DNA of 64,000 bases from the NCBI GenBank assembly GCA_965220415.1, contig OZ244829.1:984717-1048716 (forward strand), read 5' to 3'. This DNA comes from Candidatus Poribacteria bacterium. GTDB lineage: Bacteria; Poribacteria; WGA-4E; JAJDTR01. Below the pieces are notes generated by a model that saw only the letters and a list, made by a program, of their open reading frames with translations, made no database searches and was not told the origin of the DNA. Every line of letters begins with the position of its first letter. The stretch's first letter is position 1. A program made the translations under genes and the position numbers. Of the stretch, positions 51,286-60,320 are shown in pieces.

Positions 51286-51932
51286 CGAGAATCTACTTTC
51301 AGATACGGAAGAAGCAGTTCCCGCAAGTTGTGATGTAATTGGAAGAGATGTGCCTTGACCGTGCCAATTGACCGCCCCATTTTGATTCCAATTTCCTTCA
51401 ACGGTAGTTCCTCGCGATACCTCAAAATAAAAACCTCTCTTTGCTTGGGAGTCAATTCCATTACGGCACCCTGCAGATATATGCGGAATTCTTCATTTTC
51501 AACTGCCTTTGAGGGGGCTAACAAGTGACGATTGGCTTCGTGAGGGTAGAACTCTTCATCGGATACGGGATTGTCGCATAGTACGCTGTGTCTCGACCGT
51601 CGTCGTATGAAATCTATGCAGCGATTTATTGTAATGCGGTAGATCCAACTGTAGAACTGAGATGTTCTCTTGAAATTCCCAAGCCCCTGATATGCCTTGA
51701 GAAAAACGTCCTGCGTTATATCAAGAGCATCTTCCCGATTTGAAATAATTGAGCGAATAACGCCGTAAATGCGGTCATAGTAGCGCAGATACAACAAATC
51801 GAAAACTTCCGAGTCTCCTGCCTGAAAGCGTTCAATGAGTTGGACGTCCGGTCGATTAGCCACCATTGAGGCTAAACATCTGTGAGTGGTACCAGTAACA
51901 TTACACGATTCGTTCTGCTTGCCGCTCTCCAT
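51282..51932 (-). CDS. ECF-subfamily RNA polymerase sigma-70 factor
   Basis: σ2 region DITQDVFLKAY...FYSWIYRITINRCIDFIRRR and σ4 region LTPKQREVFILRY...IGTVKAHL. Start ATG overlaps the transketolase-C stop (TAATG). The ORF-track extension to 52061 is probably artefactual. Confidence 0.7.
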   Translation of the reverse strand: MESGKQNESCNVTGTTHRCLASMVANRPDVQLIERFQAGDSEVFDLLYLRYYDRIYGVIRSIISNREDALDITQDVFLKAYQGLGNFKRTSQFYSWIYRITINRCIDFIRRRSRHSVLCDNPVSDEEFYPHEANRHLLAPSKAVENEEFRIYLQGAVMELTPKQREVFILRYREELPLKEIGIKMGRSIGTVKAHLFQLHHNLRELLLPYLKVDSR

Positions 51933-52891
51933 TACGCTATGCCCTCGACTGCCTTTTTCACCAGTGCCTCGCTTGAAAGTCCATGGATGTGACGCAAATA
52001 GTCGGTCCCACCGGATACGCCATCCAACACTCTTTCGATGCCGCACCTGACAACTCGACATCCTATTCCGTGCTCGGCAATAATCTCTGACACTACCGAA
52101 CCAAGACCGCCAGCCCGATAATGGTTTTCAACCGTCATTGCAACCGAGAAGCAAGGCAAAACGTCCACCAGATCGTCAATCGGACCGGGGTTGAGACTTG
52201 AGACCACTATTACCGTGCATTCTATGCCCATTCCAGACAACGCGTTGGCAGCCTTCGTGACCTCACTCGTCACGCTCCCCATCGTGATAATCAAGAGGTC
52301 GGAACCTTTGCGGATAAGTTGGGGGCGTCCAAGTGCGAAACGCCCATCCAACCCGGGGATTGTGGTCTTGTCATCCTTGCCGAGGCGATAGTAAACAGGC
52401 CCCGGCATATCCCAGGTTTCCAACAGCGCAGCGCGAGTCTGCAGGTGGTCAGCCGGTGCGACAACAGTCATCCCCGGCTGTGTCCGCATTAAGGCGACAT
52501 CTTCAAGCGCCCAGTGAGTCATCCCTGCCGTGCCGTATTCGAATCCGCCTCCGACACCCACGATTCGCACTGGCAACCGATGCAAAATGGGACCGTTGCG
52601 TATAAACTCGTAAGGTCGAATCGCCGCAAAGGTCGCGATGGAATAGAGGAAAGGAATATAACCCGCCTCGGCGAGTCCTGTTCCCACTCCAACCATATTC
52701 TGTTCAGCTACGCCGAGGTTAAAAAAGCGATTGTGACGTGAATCCGAGCGATTCGAGAATTTTTCAGCAAACGACTCAAGAACCGTATAGCCCAAATCCC
52801 CGGTTAAGAGCAAAACCCGTTCATCTTGGCCAGCTAGCTTGAGAAGCGTTTCAACAAATGCATGCCTCATAAACCCAGTGATTAGTGCCAA
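51932..52891 (-). CDS. Transketolase, C-terminal subunit (pyrimidine-binding + C-terminal domains)
   Basis: LLTGDLG...FFNLGVAEQNMVGVGTGLA typical of split transketolase TktB. Likely start at MRHAF (52867). Confidence 0.75.
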   Translation of the reverse strand: MALITGFMRHAFVETLLKLAGQDERVLLLTGDLGYTVLESFAEKFSNRSDSRHNRFFNLGVAEQNMVGVGTGLAEAGYIPFLYSIATFAAIRPYEFIRNGPILHRLPVRIVGVGGGFEYGTAGMTHWALEDVALMRTQPGMTVVAPADHLQTRAALLETWDMPGPVYYRLGKDDKTTIPGLDGRFALGRPQLIRKGSDLLIITMGSVTSEVTKAANALSGMGIECTVIVVSSLNPGPIDDLVDVLPCFSVAMTVENHYRAGGLGSVVSEIIAEHGIGCRVVRCGIERVLDGVSGGTDYLRHIHGLSSEALVKKAVEGIA

Positions 52892-52936
52892 GTGGAGAGT
52901 GATGAGTTAAACGCTCCCGTTTCTTCTCTCCACTCG

Positions 52937-53797
52937 TCACTTACCACTCTCCACTTCCTCTACAGCTTGTTGGTATTCAGTGTCGGACATTGGCAAATAG
53001 TGCCACTTGATTTGATTTTCCATGTAGGGGACTCCTTTACCAAAAGTGGTGCGGGCAACTAATATATGAGGACAGCCGGAAATTGTGTCGAGTTTTTCAA
53101 TTGTCGCCGTCATCGCGCCGACGTTATGACCATCGACCTCGTGCACATCCCAGCCAAAAGCTTTCCACTTTTCTGATATAGGGGAGAGAGACAACACATC
53201 GTCAGTATAACCGAATGCCTGTTGACCGTTTAGATCCACGATTGCAATGAGATTGGAAAGTCGATGGTGTGCCGCAAACATTACCGATTCCCAAATCGAT
53301 CCCTCATTACACTCGGCATCGCTGATTAGTACAAAGACACGACGGACGCAGCCTTCAAGTCGCGCCGCCAATGCGGCGCCCGCGCCAATCGCCAATCCGT
53401 GCCCCAATGAGCCTGTAGAGAAATCAACGCCCGGGATGGTGTGCTCGGGGTGAACACCTAGGCAGTGGCGAGTGCAGAGTAGCGAGTGATGAGTTGAATC
53501 TTCTCTGCTTTCACTCGCCGCCGGATCCATGCAATACGTTTCGAGGGTTTCTTCGGTGAGCCATCCCTTCAGATATACCGCGGCGTAAAGCGCCATCGCC
53601 GCGTGTCCTTTGGAGAGGATAAAACGATCGCGGTTGGAGGCATCGGGATAGGCAATCTGTAATACATTTTCGTAAAGCGCGGCAATGATGTCGGCAATTG
53701 ACAACGCCGATCCGATATGTCCCACGTTTGCCCGTTTTGCCATTTCGAGGATGAATTGCCTAATCCGAATCGATGATACCTCTTTTACCGTTTTCAA
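52937..53797 (-). CDS. Transketolase, N-terminal (TPP-binding) subunit, carrying an in-frame ~60-bp palindromic insertion
   Basis: GHIGSALSIADIIAALY...SKGHAAMALYA...GSLGHGL...DAECNEGSIWE. Insert encodes SESREDSTHHSLLCTRHC at 53467-53522. Confidence 0.75.
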   Translation of the reverse strand: MKTVKEVSSIRIRQFILEMAKRANVGHIGSALSIADIIAALYENVLQIAYPDASNRDRFILSKGHAAMALYAAVYLKGWLTEETLETYCMDPAASESREDSTHHSLLCTRHCLGVHPEHTIPGVDFSTGSLGHGLAIGAGAALAARLEGCVRRVFVLISDAECNEGSIWESVMFAAHHRLSNLIAIVDLNGQQAFGYTDDVLSLSPISEKWKAFGWDVHEVDGHNVGAMTATIEKLDTISGCPHILVARTTFGKGVPYMENQIKWHYLPMSDTEYQQAVEEVESGK

Positions 53798-53856
53798 CCT
53801 TCTACCTCCGATTCATAAAATCCTCTCACGGAGCAATGCCGAATCTGTGCCGTATT

Positions 53857-55689
53857 TTAAAGCTTGTAAATCCACACGTAGTCAACATTGTTCAAACGAA
53901 TGACATGTTCAAGGGTACCGTCTATGGCGTCGAGATTCACGCGCTTAATTTGGACATCCCGAATATAAGCTACCTCGTAATCGGGAGTAGATATACCGGG
54001 GTTTCTATCGCGTCGATACGATGTCCCTTTGAAGTAGTATCCGAACAACTCGGCTGATAGAGGAGAAACATGCACCACTAGGCCTTCGGCATTTGGTTTT
54101 TGGTTCAAGTATTCGGCAGCAAGGTCCAAACCGGAGGCATCCCCGGTAGTGCAGATTCTGGTAATACCGGCCACACCCCAGAGAGGGTTATAGTATGTGC
54201 CGTAGTAGGGGTGAAGTCGTAGTACGGGAAACACCTGAATCACGAAAACGAGCGCTATAACCGTTACACCGGCAATTTTCCAAACGTGCCATCGTGTATT
54301 ACAGAAACCGAGTTTTTTCAAAAAACTCGGTTTCTCGATGCTGGCTTGGCTCTTTCCATTCTGTGACTTGGCAACACCTAGTGCAGTAATTTTATCAATC
54401 AGTAGAGACAATCCAATCGCCGCCAGAATATCGAGAATCGGGAAGACCGGCAATAGGTAGCGACTGAATTTCTTTGCGCAGACCAACATACATAGCGTAA
54501 AAAGAACGACAAAAACGGACAGCAGCGTGTACATCCGGCAGGTGCTGGCGTATTGAGATTGCTTCCGCACCCGCCATAAGAGCACAGCGCCAACCACAGC
54601 TAAGGGGAGTGTTAACGGAGCGCTTTTAATCGACAACATCAGGGGATAAAATAGCCAACCCGGATCGTAGGCGATTTCACCCAAGAAGTAATGGAGAACA
54701 TCATGTTCGGTTGTTAACGCCCACCGGATACGGTCTACAAAGGGTAGAGCGGCTTTGTAGGCTACGAATGCGACAGCGGCGAGTCCGATTCCGATAATTA
54801 GCAAACCTGATTTTGCCGCGTCCCGTGCAGTGACAATATCTGCCGATACAGTAAGGTGGTTCAACTTAACTCCTGACCAAATCGCTATTCCAATCAGACA
54901 AGGTACGACAATCACGGAAACGGGAACGCCACCGATTGGCAGTTGGTAAACCCACAGCGCGGGCCAACATACAATAAACGTTAGAAATGCTATACAAATC
55001 CATGTTAAAAAAGCGTGGATATTTCTGGAAAATTGAACTGCCGGATTGGTCTCGGCTGCGGAAAATGCGACGAGAAAAGGGAGCAACAACACGAGAACCA
55101 AAGCGCTGCTTTTTGAGAGGCATGCCAAACCGAAGCATACTGCCGAGATTACAAGGTAACGGCGATGCCCCAGCTTTTCTACAAATATCAGGAGTGCGAG
55201 GATTGCCAGTAGGAGAAAAGCCGTGGCGAGAGCATCGGTGATTAAGCGACGCGACTGGATGAGGAAGAGCGGGTCAACCGCCAGAAAGATACCGGCAAAG
55301 GCGGCAATTCGCAATCCGAATAACTTCTTTACCAGAAAGTAGGCGATTACGATACTGCACGCTGTTATGAGGGCAATCGTTAAACGCGCCCGGGCGAGGT
55401 TTGATGGAGATAGAAACGGATGGCTTCGAAGCACAGGTGCGGCAGATAGTGCGCCTTTATATTTCGTCCACAAACTTATGCCACCGAGCCACATGGTTGT
55501 GATACCGGGGTGATAAGATTCGGCAGTGGAGGAAAAATCCGCACCGAGAGTGGAAAGGAAGAATTCTTGAGAGTTAAAAAGCCAATAGGTCTCATCCGAG
55601 GACCAACTGGTATCAAGAGAAAGAGCGCGAGGAAGGAAGGTTAAAGTAATAACCCCAACAAGTATCAGAACGATTCCGTGCCGACCCAA
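53857..55689 (-). CDS. GT-C-fold glycosyltransferase, PMT/ArnT-like (GT39/GT83 family)
   Basis: About 13 TM helices. N-terminal periplasmic-loop motif SDETYW (DE-x-x-Y/W of PMT_2/ArnT). Contains an in-frame 33-bp perfect palindrome at 54303-54335. Confidence 0.55.
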   Translation of the reverse strand: MGRHGIVLILVGVITLTFLPRALSLDTSWSSDETYWLFNSQEFFLSTLGADFSSTAESYHPGITTMWLGGISLWTKYKGALSAAPVLRSHPFLSPSNLARARLTIALITACSIVIAYFLVKKLFGLRIAAFAGIFLAVDPLFLIQSRRLITDALATAFLLLAILALLIFVEKLGHRRYLVISAVCFGLACLSKSSALVLVLLLPFLVAFSAAETNPAVQFSRNIHAFLTWICIAFLTFIVCWPALWVYQLPIGGVPVSVIVVPCLIGIAIWSGVKLNHLTVSADIVTARDAAKSGLLIIGIGLAAVAFVAYKAALPFVDRIRWALTTEHDVLHYFLGEIAYDPGWLFYPLMLSIKSAPLTLPLAVVGAVLLWRVRKQSQYASTCRMYTLLSVFVVLFTLCMLVCAKKFSRYLLPVFPILDILAAIGLSLLIDKITALGVAKSQNGKSQASIEKPSFLKKLGFCNTRWHVWKIAGVTVIALVFVIQVFPVLRLHPYYGTYYNPLWGVAGITRICTTGDASGLDLAAEYLNQKPNAEGLVVHVSPLSAELFGYYFKGTSYRRDRNPGISTPDYEVAYIRDVQIKRVNLDAIDGTLEHVIRLNNVDYVWIYKL

Positions 55690-55691
55690 TT

Positions 55692-58034
55692 TTATTCACC
55701 GATGATACCGAAAAATGGAATGCGAAGCGTCGGTTGGAGGGTACTGCTAGTTTTGATTACAACTTCACCTGACAATTCGCCGGGCGGAGATTTAGAGTTA
55801 ATAGTTGCGGTGATACGGAAACTTTTTCGATCTGTAGACTCTGTAGCGGTGGCAACCACCGCTTGCACACTCGGCACCACGGACAGAATTTTGAAGGGTT
55901 GGTCATTGATTGAGGAGATGGTGGCAGTTTTGGAAACCGTTTCCGTGGATTTTGCCATTCCAAAGAAGAACCGTTTCGGCAGCACTCGAAACGCACCCAA
56001 AACTTCTCCAAAAACAGAAACATCGTGCGTCGTTTCTTTACCTGCATACCGGTAATCCACCAAGAGGTGATGAGAAAACTGACCAATCGGCATGGTCGGC
56101 AACAACTGCAATTCGACATGCGGAAGTTGTCCTTCACTGAGGATTGCACGGAGATGTTCGGAGTCGGTTCTCACTCCCAGAATCTCAACCTCGCTTCGTA
56201 AATGCAAGGAGATTCTTTTTATCAATGGAGTTTGGACGAGTTCCTGATTGCCAAAGGCAAGACGTTCCGGGAATGTCTTCAGTGGGACAAACGCCCGCCC
56301 TTTAAACCTGAGTACCACAGTATTTTGCCGCGGGTCATTAGTAAAAACGGAGATACTCTCTTCAACCAGAGTGTTTTCAGATGGAACTTTAAGCACCGCT
56401 TCAATTGTAGCGTTGGCCCCTGCTGGAATATCGCGTTGTGAGACCATTGCCGCGGTACATGCGCACGTTTCGGTCATCGAAAGAATCGACAATGGTTGCT
56501 GTCCGATGTTTTGTATAGTAAAGTTGTGTCTGACTTCACTTCCACCAAGGGCTTCCCCAAAATTGTATTCTGATTCGGGCGCAAACGCGAGTGGCGCAGG
56601 TTCGCGTGTTGAAGAGTGTCCTTCAGCATCAAAAATGAGCAACTCTCCCTCCCAAATATCGGATAATTCTTCCCATGAAAGGTGCGGGTTATACTTACTC
56701 GCAGAATCCGAGATGCGTACCCCATCACCCTGCACCGCTTCAAAGACGAGAAAATGGTCGCCATTAACATAGGCTATTGCGGGCAACGGCACTGTCTTCT
56801 CTTGAACTGCGTCAAGATTTGCCTTGACACCTTTTGGCGTTAGCCCTTTGTACATCGCTCCTTCTCTGAGTCCTAGCATCGTAGTGCCACGAGTCGCGTC
56901 AAAGCCCGACAATTGCTTGAGTTCTTCAAGATTGGTCTCTACTTCGAGGATTTCACAGATCCTCAGCAAACTTAGCGGACCACAGAGCAAGAACTCGTCT
57001 TCCTCATGAGTTTGAGGTATTATTGGCAATTGTCCAAATTGAGGCGCGCGTGTATCACGTACATGGCCGTATACTTCCGGATTAACCTTGAAGAAATCCT
57101 CAGGGAACTCCACGTGAAATTCCGCTGATGCCACTTTAATGCTTGTTGTTCTCCTTAGAGTTCCGTCCTCTGCATACTCAGTGAGTTGAATTTCCGTAGG
57201 GTACCAGATATCGCCAAATTGGCGAAAGTGATTGAAATCCCTGACATAGTACGGAGAACTATTGGACACTTTTTGAAACTCGATCCTATGAATACAGAAA
57301 TCTTTTGACACATCGATCCACATTTTGGTTTGTCTGGTGTCATTGCGAGACATGAGCACATGGCATTCCGTACCATTTACAAACTCTCTTCCAACCATTT
57401 GCGCGTTTGCAGAAACGTCGCATCTACCAAAATACGAAAAGTCTAAAATCGCATAGTAAGAATCAGAACTGGACAATTCTACTGGGGGAAAAGAGGCGCG
57501 GCCCACAATGTCTCCAATACGTTCCTTAACTTGATATTGTGTGTCGTATGTTTGAAGGTAGAAGTTACCTGCTCGGCCATGCTGTGCATCGCGACTGTCT
57601 AAGGAAAGCCCTGGCCGTACTTCACTAGCCACCTTATAGAGCGTATCTAAGGGCAACCGCTGAAACGCGACTAAAGATTCCTCTATGTCCGTGCGCTCAC
57701 GGTACCATTCCGCCCAAGTGTCAAGATTCGCTTGAAGGTATACTTCCTCAAACTCTTTCAGACCGACATCGGGGTAGAATGGATCGGACCCGCGTTGAAC
57801 AAATTGTTTCAAGCTTTCGACTTTTTCATTTTGCATAAACGCGGTAAGTTCAGACTCAGACATTTGCAGGTCATGATCCACAACGGTAATGGAAAACTGG
57901 ACTTCACCACTCTGGATCTGAACCGCACCTTTATTTACACCGTGGATGAACGACTGCACGGTAAGTTCATCGGAGTGACACACCGAACCAACGCAAAGCA
58001 GGGGCAACAAGCTGAACATGATAGTTTGAGACAT
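55692..58034 (-). CDS. Secreted multidomain protein: N-terminal domain + C39-like (papain-fold) cysteine peptidase domain + DUF1573 Ig-like repeats
   Basis: Signal peptide. LCGPLSL (Cys) ... NGDHFLVFEAV (His) spacing is typical of C39-like peptidase domains. FNFGEALGGSEVRHNFTIQNIGQQPLSI is a classic DUF1573 signature. Confidence 0.5.
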   Translation of the reverse strand: MSQTIMFSLLPLLCVGSVCHSDELTVQSFIHGVNKGAVQIQSGEVQFSITVVDHDLQMSESELTAFMQNEKVESLKQFVQRGSDPFYPDVGLKEFEEVYLQANLDTWAEWYRERTDIEESLVAFQRLPLDTLYKVASEVRPGLSLDSRDAQHGRAGNFYLQTYDTQYQVKERIGDIVGRASFPPVELSSSDSYYAILDFSYFGRCDVSANAQMVGREFVNGTECHVLMSRNDTRQTKMWIDVSKDFCIHRIEFQKVSNSSPYYVRDFNHFRQFGDIWYPTEIQLTEYAEDGTLRRTTSIKVASAEFHVEFPEDFFKVNPEVYGHVRDTRAPQFGQLPIIPQTHEEDEFLLCGPLSLLRICEILEVETNLEELKQLSGFDATRGTTMLGLREGAMYKGLTPKGVKANLDAVQEKTVPLPAIAYVNGDHFLVFEAVQGDGVRISDSASKYNPHLSWEELSDIWEGELLIFDAEGHSSTREPAPLAFAPESEYNFGEALGGSEVRHNFTIQNIGQQPLSILSMTETCACTAAMVSQRDIPAGANATIEAVLKVPSENTLVEESISVFTNDPRQNTVVLRFKGRAFVPLKTFPERLAFGNQELVQTPLIKRISLHLRSEVEILGVRTDSEHLRAILSEGQLPHVELQLLPTMPIGQFSHHLLVDYRYAGKETTHDVSVFGEVLGAFRVLPKRFFFGMAKSTETVSKTATISSINDQPFKILSVVPSVQAVVATATESTDRKSFRITATINSKSPPGELSGEVVIKTSSTLQPTLRIPFFGIIGE

Positions 58035-58105
58035 ATGTGCTCCTCAAAAGACTGCGGCGGGGAGTATAAGCCCCGCCGGTCTATCTCTGTCAAAAGGCAA
58101 AAGCA

Positions 58106-58552
58106 CTAACTACCAGTGGTGTTGGTACCTGGACAAAATTCTCCTGTCCACAAATTACAATTCGGCTTCTTCTCTGTGACAGCCCATTCAGTCTTGCAGT
58201 ATGAATCCCCGTTCCTCTTGGTAACCAGCTTACAGGAAGACTTTCCCTTATAATCCGCGGTGTGCGAGTTCATTTGGGGGGCATTTACGACGCACGATCT
58301 ACACCCATATAGGTTATAAGTTACTGTTTGCGTTCTAACGTCGTTGCAAGCCTCGTCACTCACCGCACAGTTCGCGAAATTACCGCTACCAGGCTCAACC
58401 AGTTTGGCGCGTTTCTGTCCTCCGAGCCGTTTCATCATATCATCATCGCTCAAAGCGACTAGCGTTTTTGAATCTACATATTTCGGATATAGAACAAAAC
58501 CTAAACCGAGGCAGTAAAAAACGATTAAAAGCAACACTACAGACGTTTTCAT
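58106..58552 (-). CDS. Small Cys-rich secreted/anchored protein (8 Cys in mature part)
   Basis: N-terminal hydrophobic leader. 148 aa with 8 Cys after the leader. No family recognised. Confidence 0.4.
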   Translation of the reverse strand: MKTSVVLLLIVFYCLGLGFVLYPKYVDSKTLVALSDDDMMKRLGGQKRAKLVEPGSGNFANCAVSDEACNDVRTQTVTYNLYGCRSCVVNAPQMNSHTADYKGKSSCKLVTKRNGDSYCKTEWAVTEKKPNCNLWTGEFCPGTNTTGS

Positions 58553-58710
58553 TTGAAAACTCCTTTCTGTATTGAAAGTGAAGCATGGCTTGTACAGTGA
58601 TGAGGCGCAATAACTATCAACCAGCCGTCACCACAACAAAATCAATGTTATCCCGAAAGAGAATTAAAATTCACGAATCTACTGCGTTTACAGTGTCTTC
58701 GTGTCAAGAA

Positions 58711-59415
58711 CTATCGCGTAGATTTCCATACTTTGTACGCTTCACCATGGGTTTGGAGAAAAGCATTGAAAGACGAAAAACCGTAGTCTCTAAGGAGGCT
58801 CTCTTGATCCTCAAAAAGTTGCTCTTCTTTGTCCTGAAGATCCAATATTGTTGGAACTAGTTCTTTTCCTCGCGTAAACAGCGCGTCTCGTTCCTTAGCC
58901 AATTTCTTTTCTGTCGCCGGGTCATCGGCTGCATCGATTTCGTGGTTGGTAATGAAGGCAACCCGGTTCATTATGGAAATATCTTCCAATTGTACCGCGG
59001 TAAGTTTCACAGTAATCTCCTTTACTTCTTCATCCAACTTACTGTATTTGGAAAACAACTCCTCCACTTCTGAAGGGAGACTATTGTTATCTGTTTTCAG
59101 TAAGGGCGCTTCTTCAGTAGGCTCCAATTCTTGCAAGTCCCATTCTGATAAATCCAGATTATCTTCGGGAGTGGATTCCAACACGTCCGCGGGCGAACCG
59201 ACCCCATTACCTTGTGTCCCGTTTTGCCATACTTGTTCCGCCCTGTCCTCGCTGGTTATTGCCAAACCTTGACTCTCATCGCTAATATAAGGCTGAAATG
59301 CCATCGTATTTTGAGACAACTCCTTTATCAACTGCGCTCTTTCAATCTCAGTATAGACGTAGAATCCGATTACTCCCAATGCAACGACAATGCTCAGTAA
59401 AATCAAATTCCGCAT
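58711..59415 (-). CDS. Hypothetical N-terminally anchored acidic protein
   Basis: Single N-terminal TM helix. Asp/Glu-rich extracytoplasmic region. Confidence 0.35.
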   Translation of the reverse strand: MRNLILLSIVVALGVIGFYVYTEIERAQLIKELSQNTMAFQPYISDESQGLAITSEDRAEQVWQNGTQGNGVGSPADVLESTPEDNLDLSEWDLQELEPTEEAPLLKTDNNSLPSEVEELFSKYSKLDEEVKEITVKLTAVQLEDISIMNRVAFITNHEIDAADDPATEKKLAKERDALFTRGKELVPTILDLQDKEEQLFEDQESLLRDYGFSSFNAFLQTHGEAYKVWKSTR

Positions 59416-59421
59416 TTTTTC

Positions 59422-60270
59422 TTATTTCACCTCCTTGACGCACCGGAAACCGACCGTAAACGCTCGGCGTGTAGGTTTTTCCGCATTTCGGTGGGTACAT
59501 TGGAGTTGTAGCCGAATCGAAGCCCAACCTCCTCCTCGTAATATTTTCAATTCTCCCTGTGCGGGCCCCTTGGGATTCTTATTTGGGCTTTGGACATAGT
59601 AGTTTTCAGCGTACCAGTCCGAACACCATTCCCATACGCTTCCCGCCATATCTAACACACCGTAGGAACTTCCTCCTGTTGGGAAACTACCTACAGGTTT
59701 CAACTTCTGTTGATGCGGAAAATAATTTAGTTTTGAAAAATCCATTTTATTTCCCCATGGGTAAACACGAGTTTTTTCTAACCCTCTTGCGGCTTTTTCC
59801 CACTCCGCCTCGGTCGGTAATCGCTTTCCCGCCCATTTCGCATAGGCACCGGCTTCGTACCAACTGACACCAATGACGGGATGATCGGGAGCGGTGGAAA
59901 CATCATTGTCACCATATGCGAGGGGCACCTCAATGCGATACACCAGTCGCGTAGGGTGAATATAGTAAAATCGTTCTTTCTGAATGAATTTCCAGCCGGC
60001 TTCCGTCCAATACTTCCTTTTCTTATAACCGCCTGCCAAAATAAACTCTTCAAATTGAGCGTTGGTGACTTCGTGTTTATCTATGTAGAAAGCGTCTAGA
60101 TAGACTTTATGTGCGGGGTGTTGGTCAGACGCGTGTGAATTATCCGTCCCCATGATAAAATCGCCTGCAGGTACAAGCACCATCCCCATTGGTGTTTTGC
60201 CCCATGTTTGGATTGGCATTAAACACAGCAGCGAGAAAATTGCGATATTTCGCATGGCTATTCCCATTTT
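59422..60270 (-). CDS. Formylglycine-generating enzyme (SUMF1/FGE sulfatase-modifying factor) family protein
   Basis: WEWCSDWY...ILRGGGWASIRLQLQCTHRNA...GFRC are hallmark FGE-sulfatase domain segments. Start at MGIAMRN (60270) has an AGGAGTG RBS and a signal peptide; the ORF-track 5' extension to 60441 overlaps the upstream gene. Confidence 0.7.
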   Translation of the reverse strand, partial: KMGIAMRNIAIFSLLCLMPIQTWGKTPMGMVLVPAGDFIMGTDNSHASDQHPAHKVYLDAFYIDKHEVTNAQFEEFILAGGYKKRKYWTEAGWKFIQKERFYYIHPTRLVYRIEVPLAYGDNDVSTAPDHPVIGVSWYEAGAYAKWAGKRLPTEAEWEKAARGLEKTRVYPWGNKMDFSKLNYFPHQQKLKPVGSFPTGGSSYGVLDMAGSVWEWCSDWYAENYYVQSPNKNPKGPAQGELKILRGGGWASIRLQLQCTHRNAEKPTRRAFTVGFRCVKEVK

Positions 60271-60320
60271 AAACACTCCTGACATCTCGCAATTATGCAC
60301 ATTTTTACCATAACATGAAT

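Noticed and set aside
51933-52061. N-terminal 43-aa extension of the sigma-factor ORF in the ORF track
   Set aside because: The extension overlaps the transketolase C-subunit coding region. A TAATG stop/start overlap at 51930-51934 gives a canonical ECF-sized protein.
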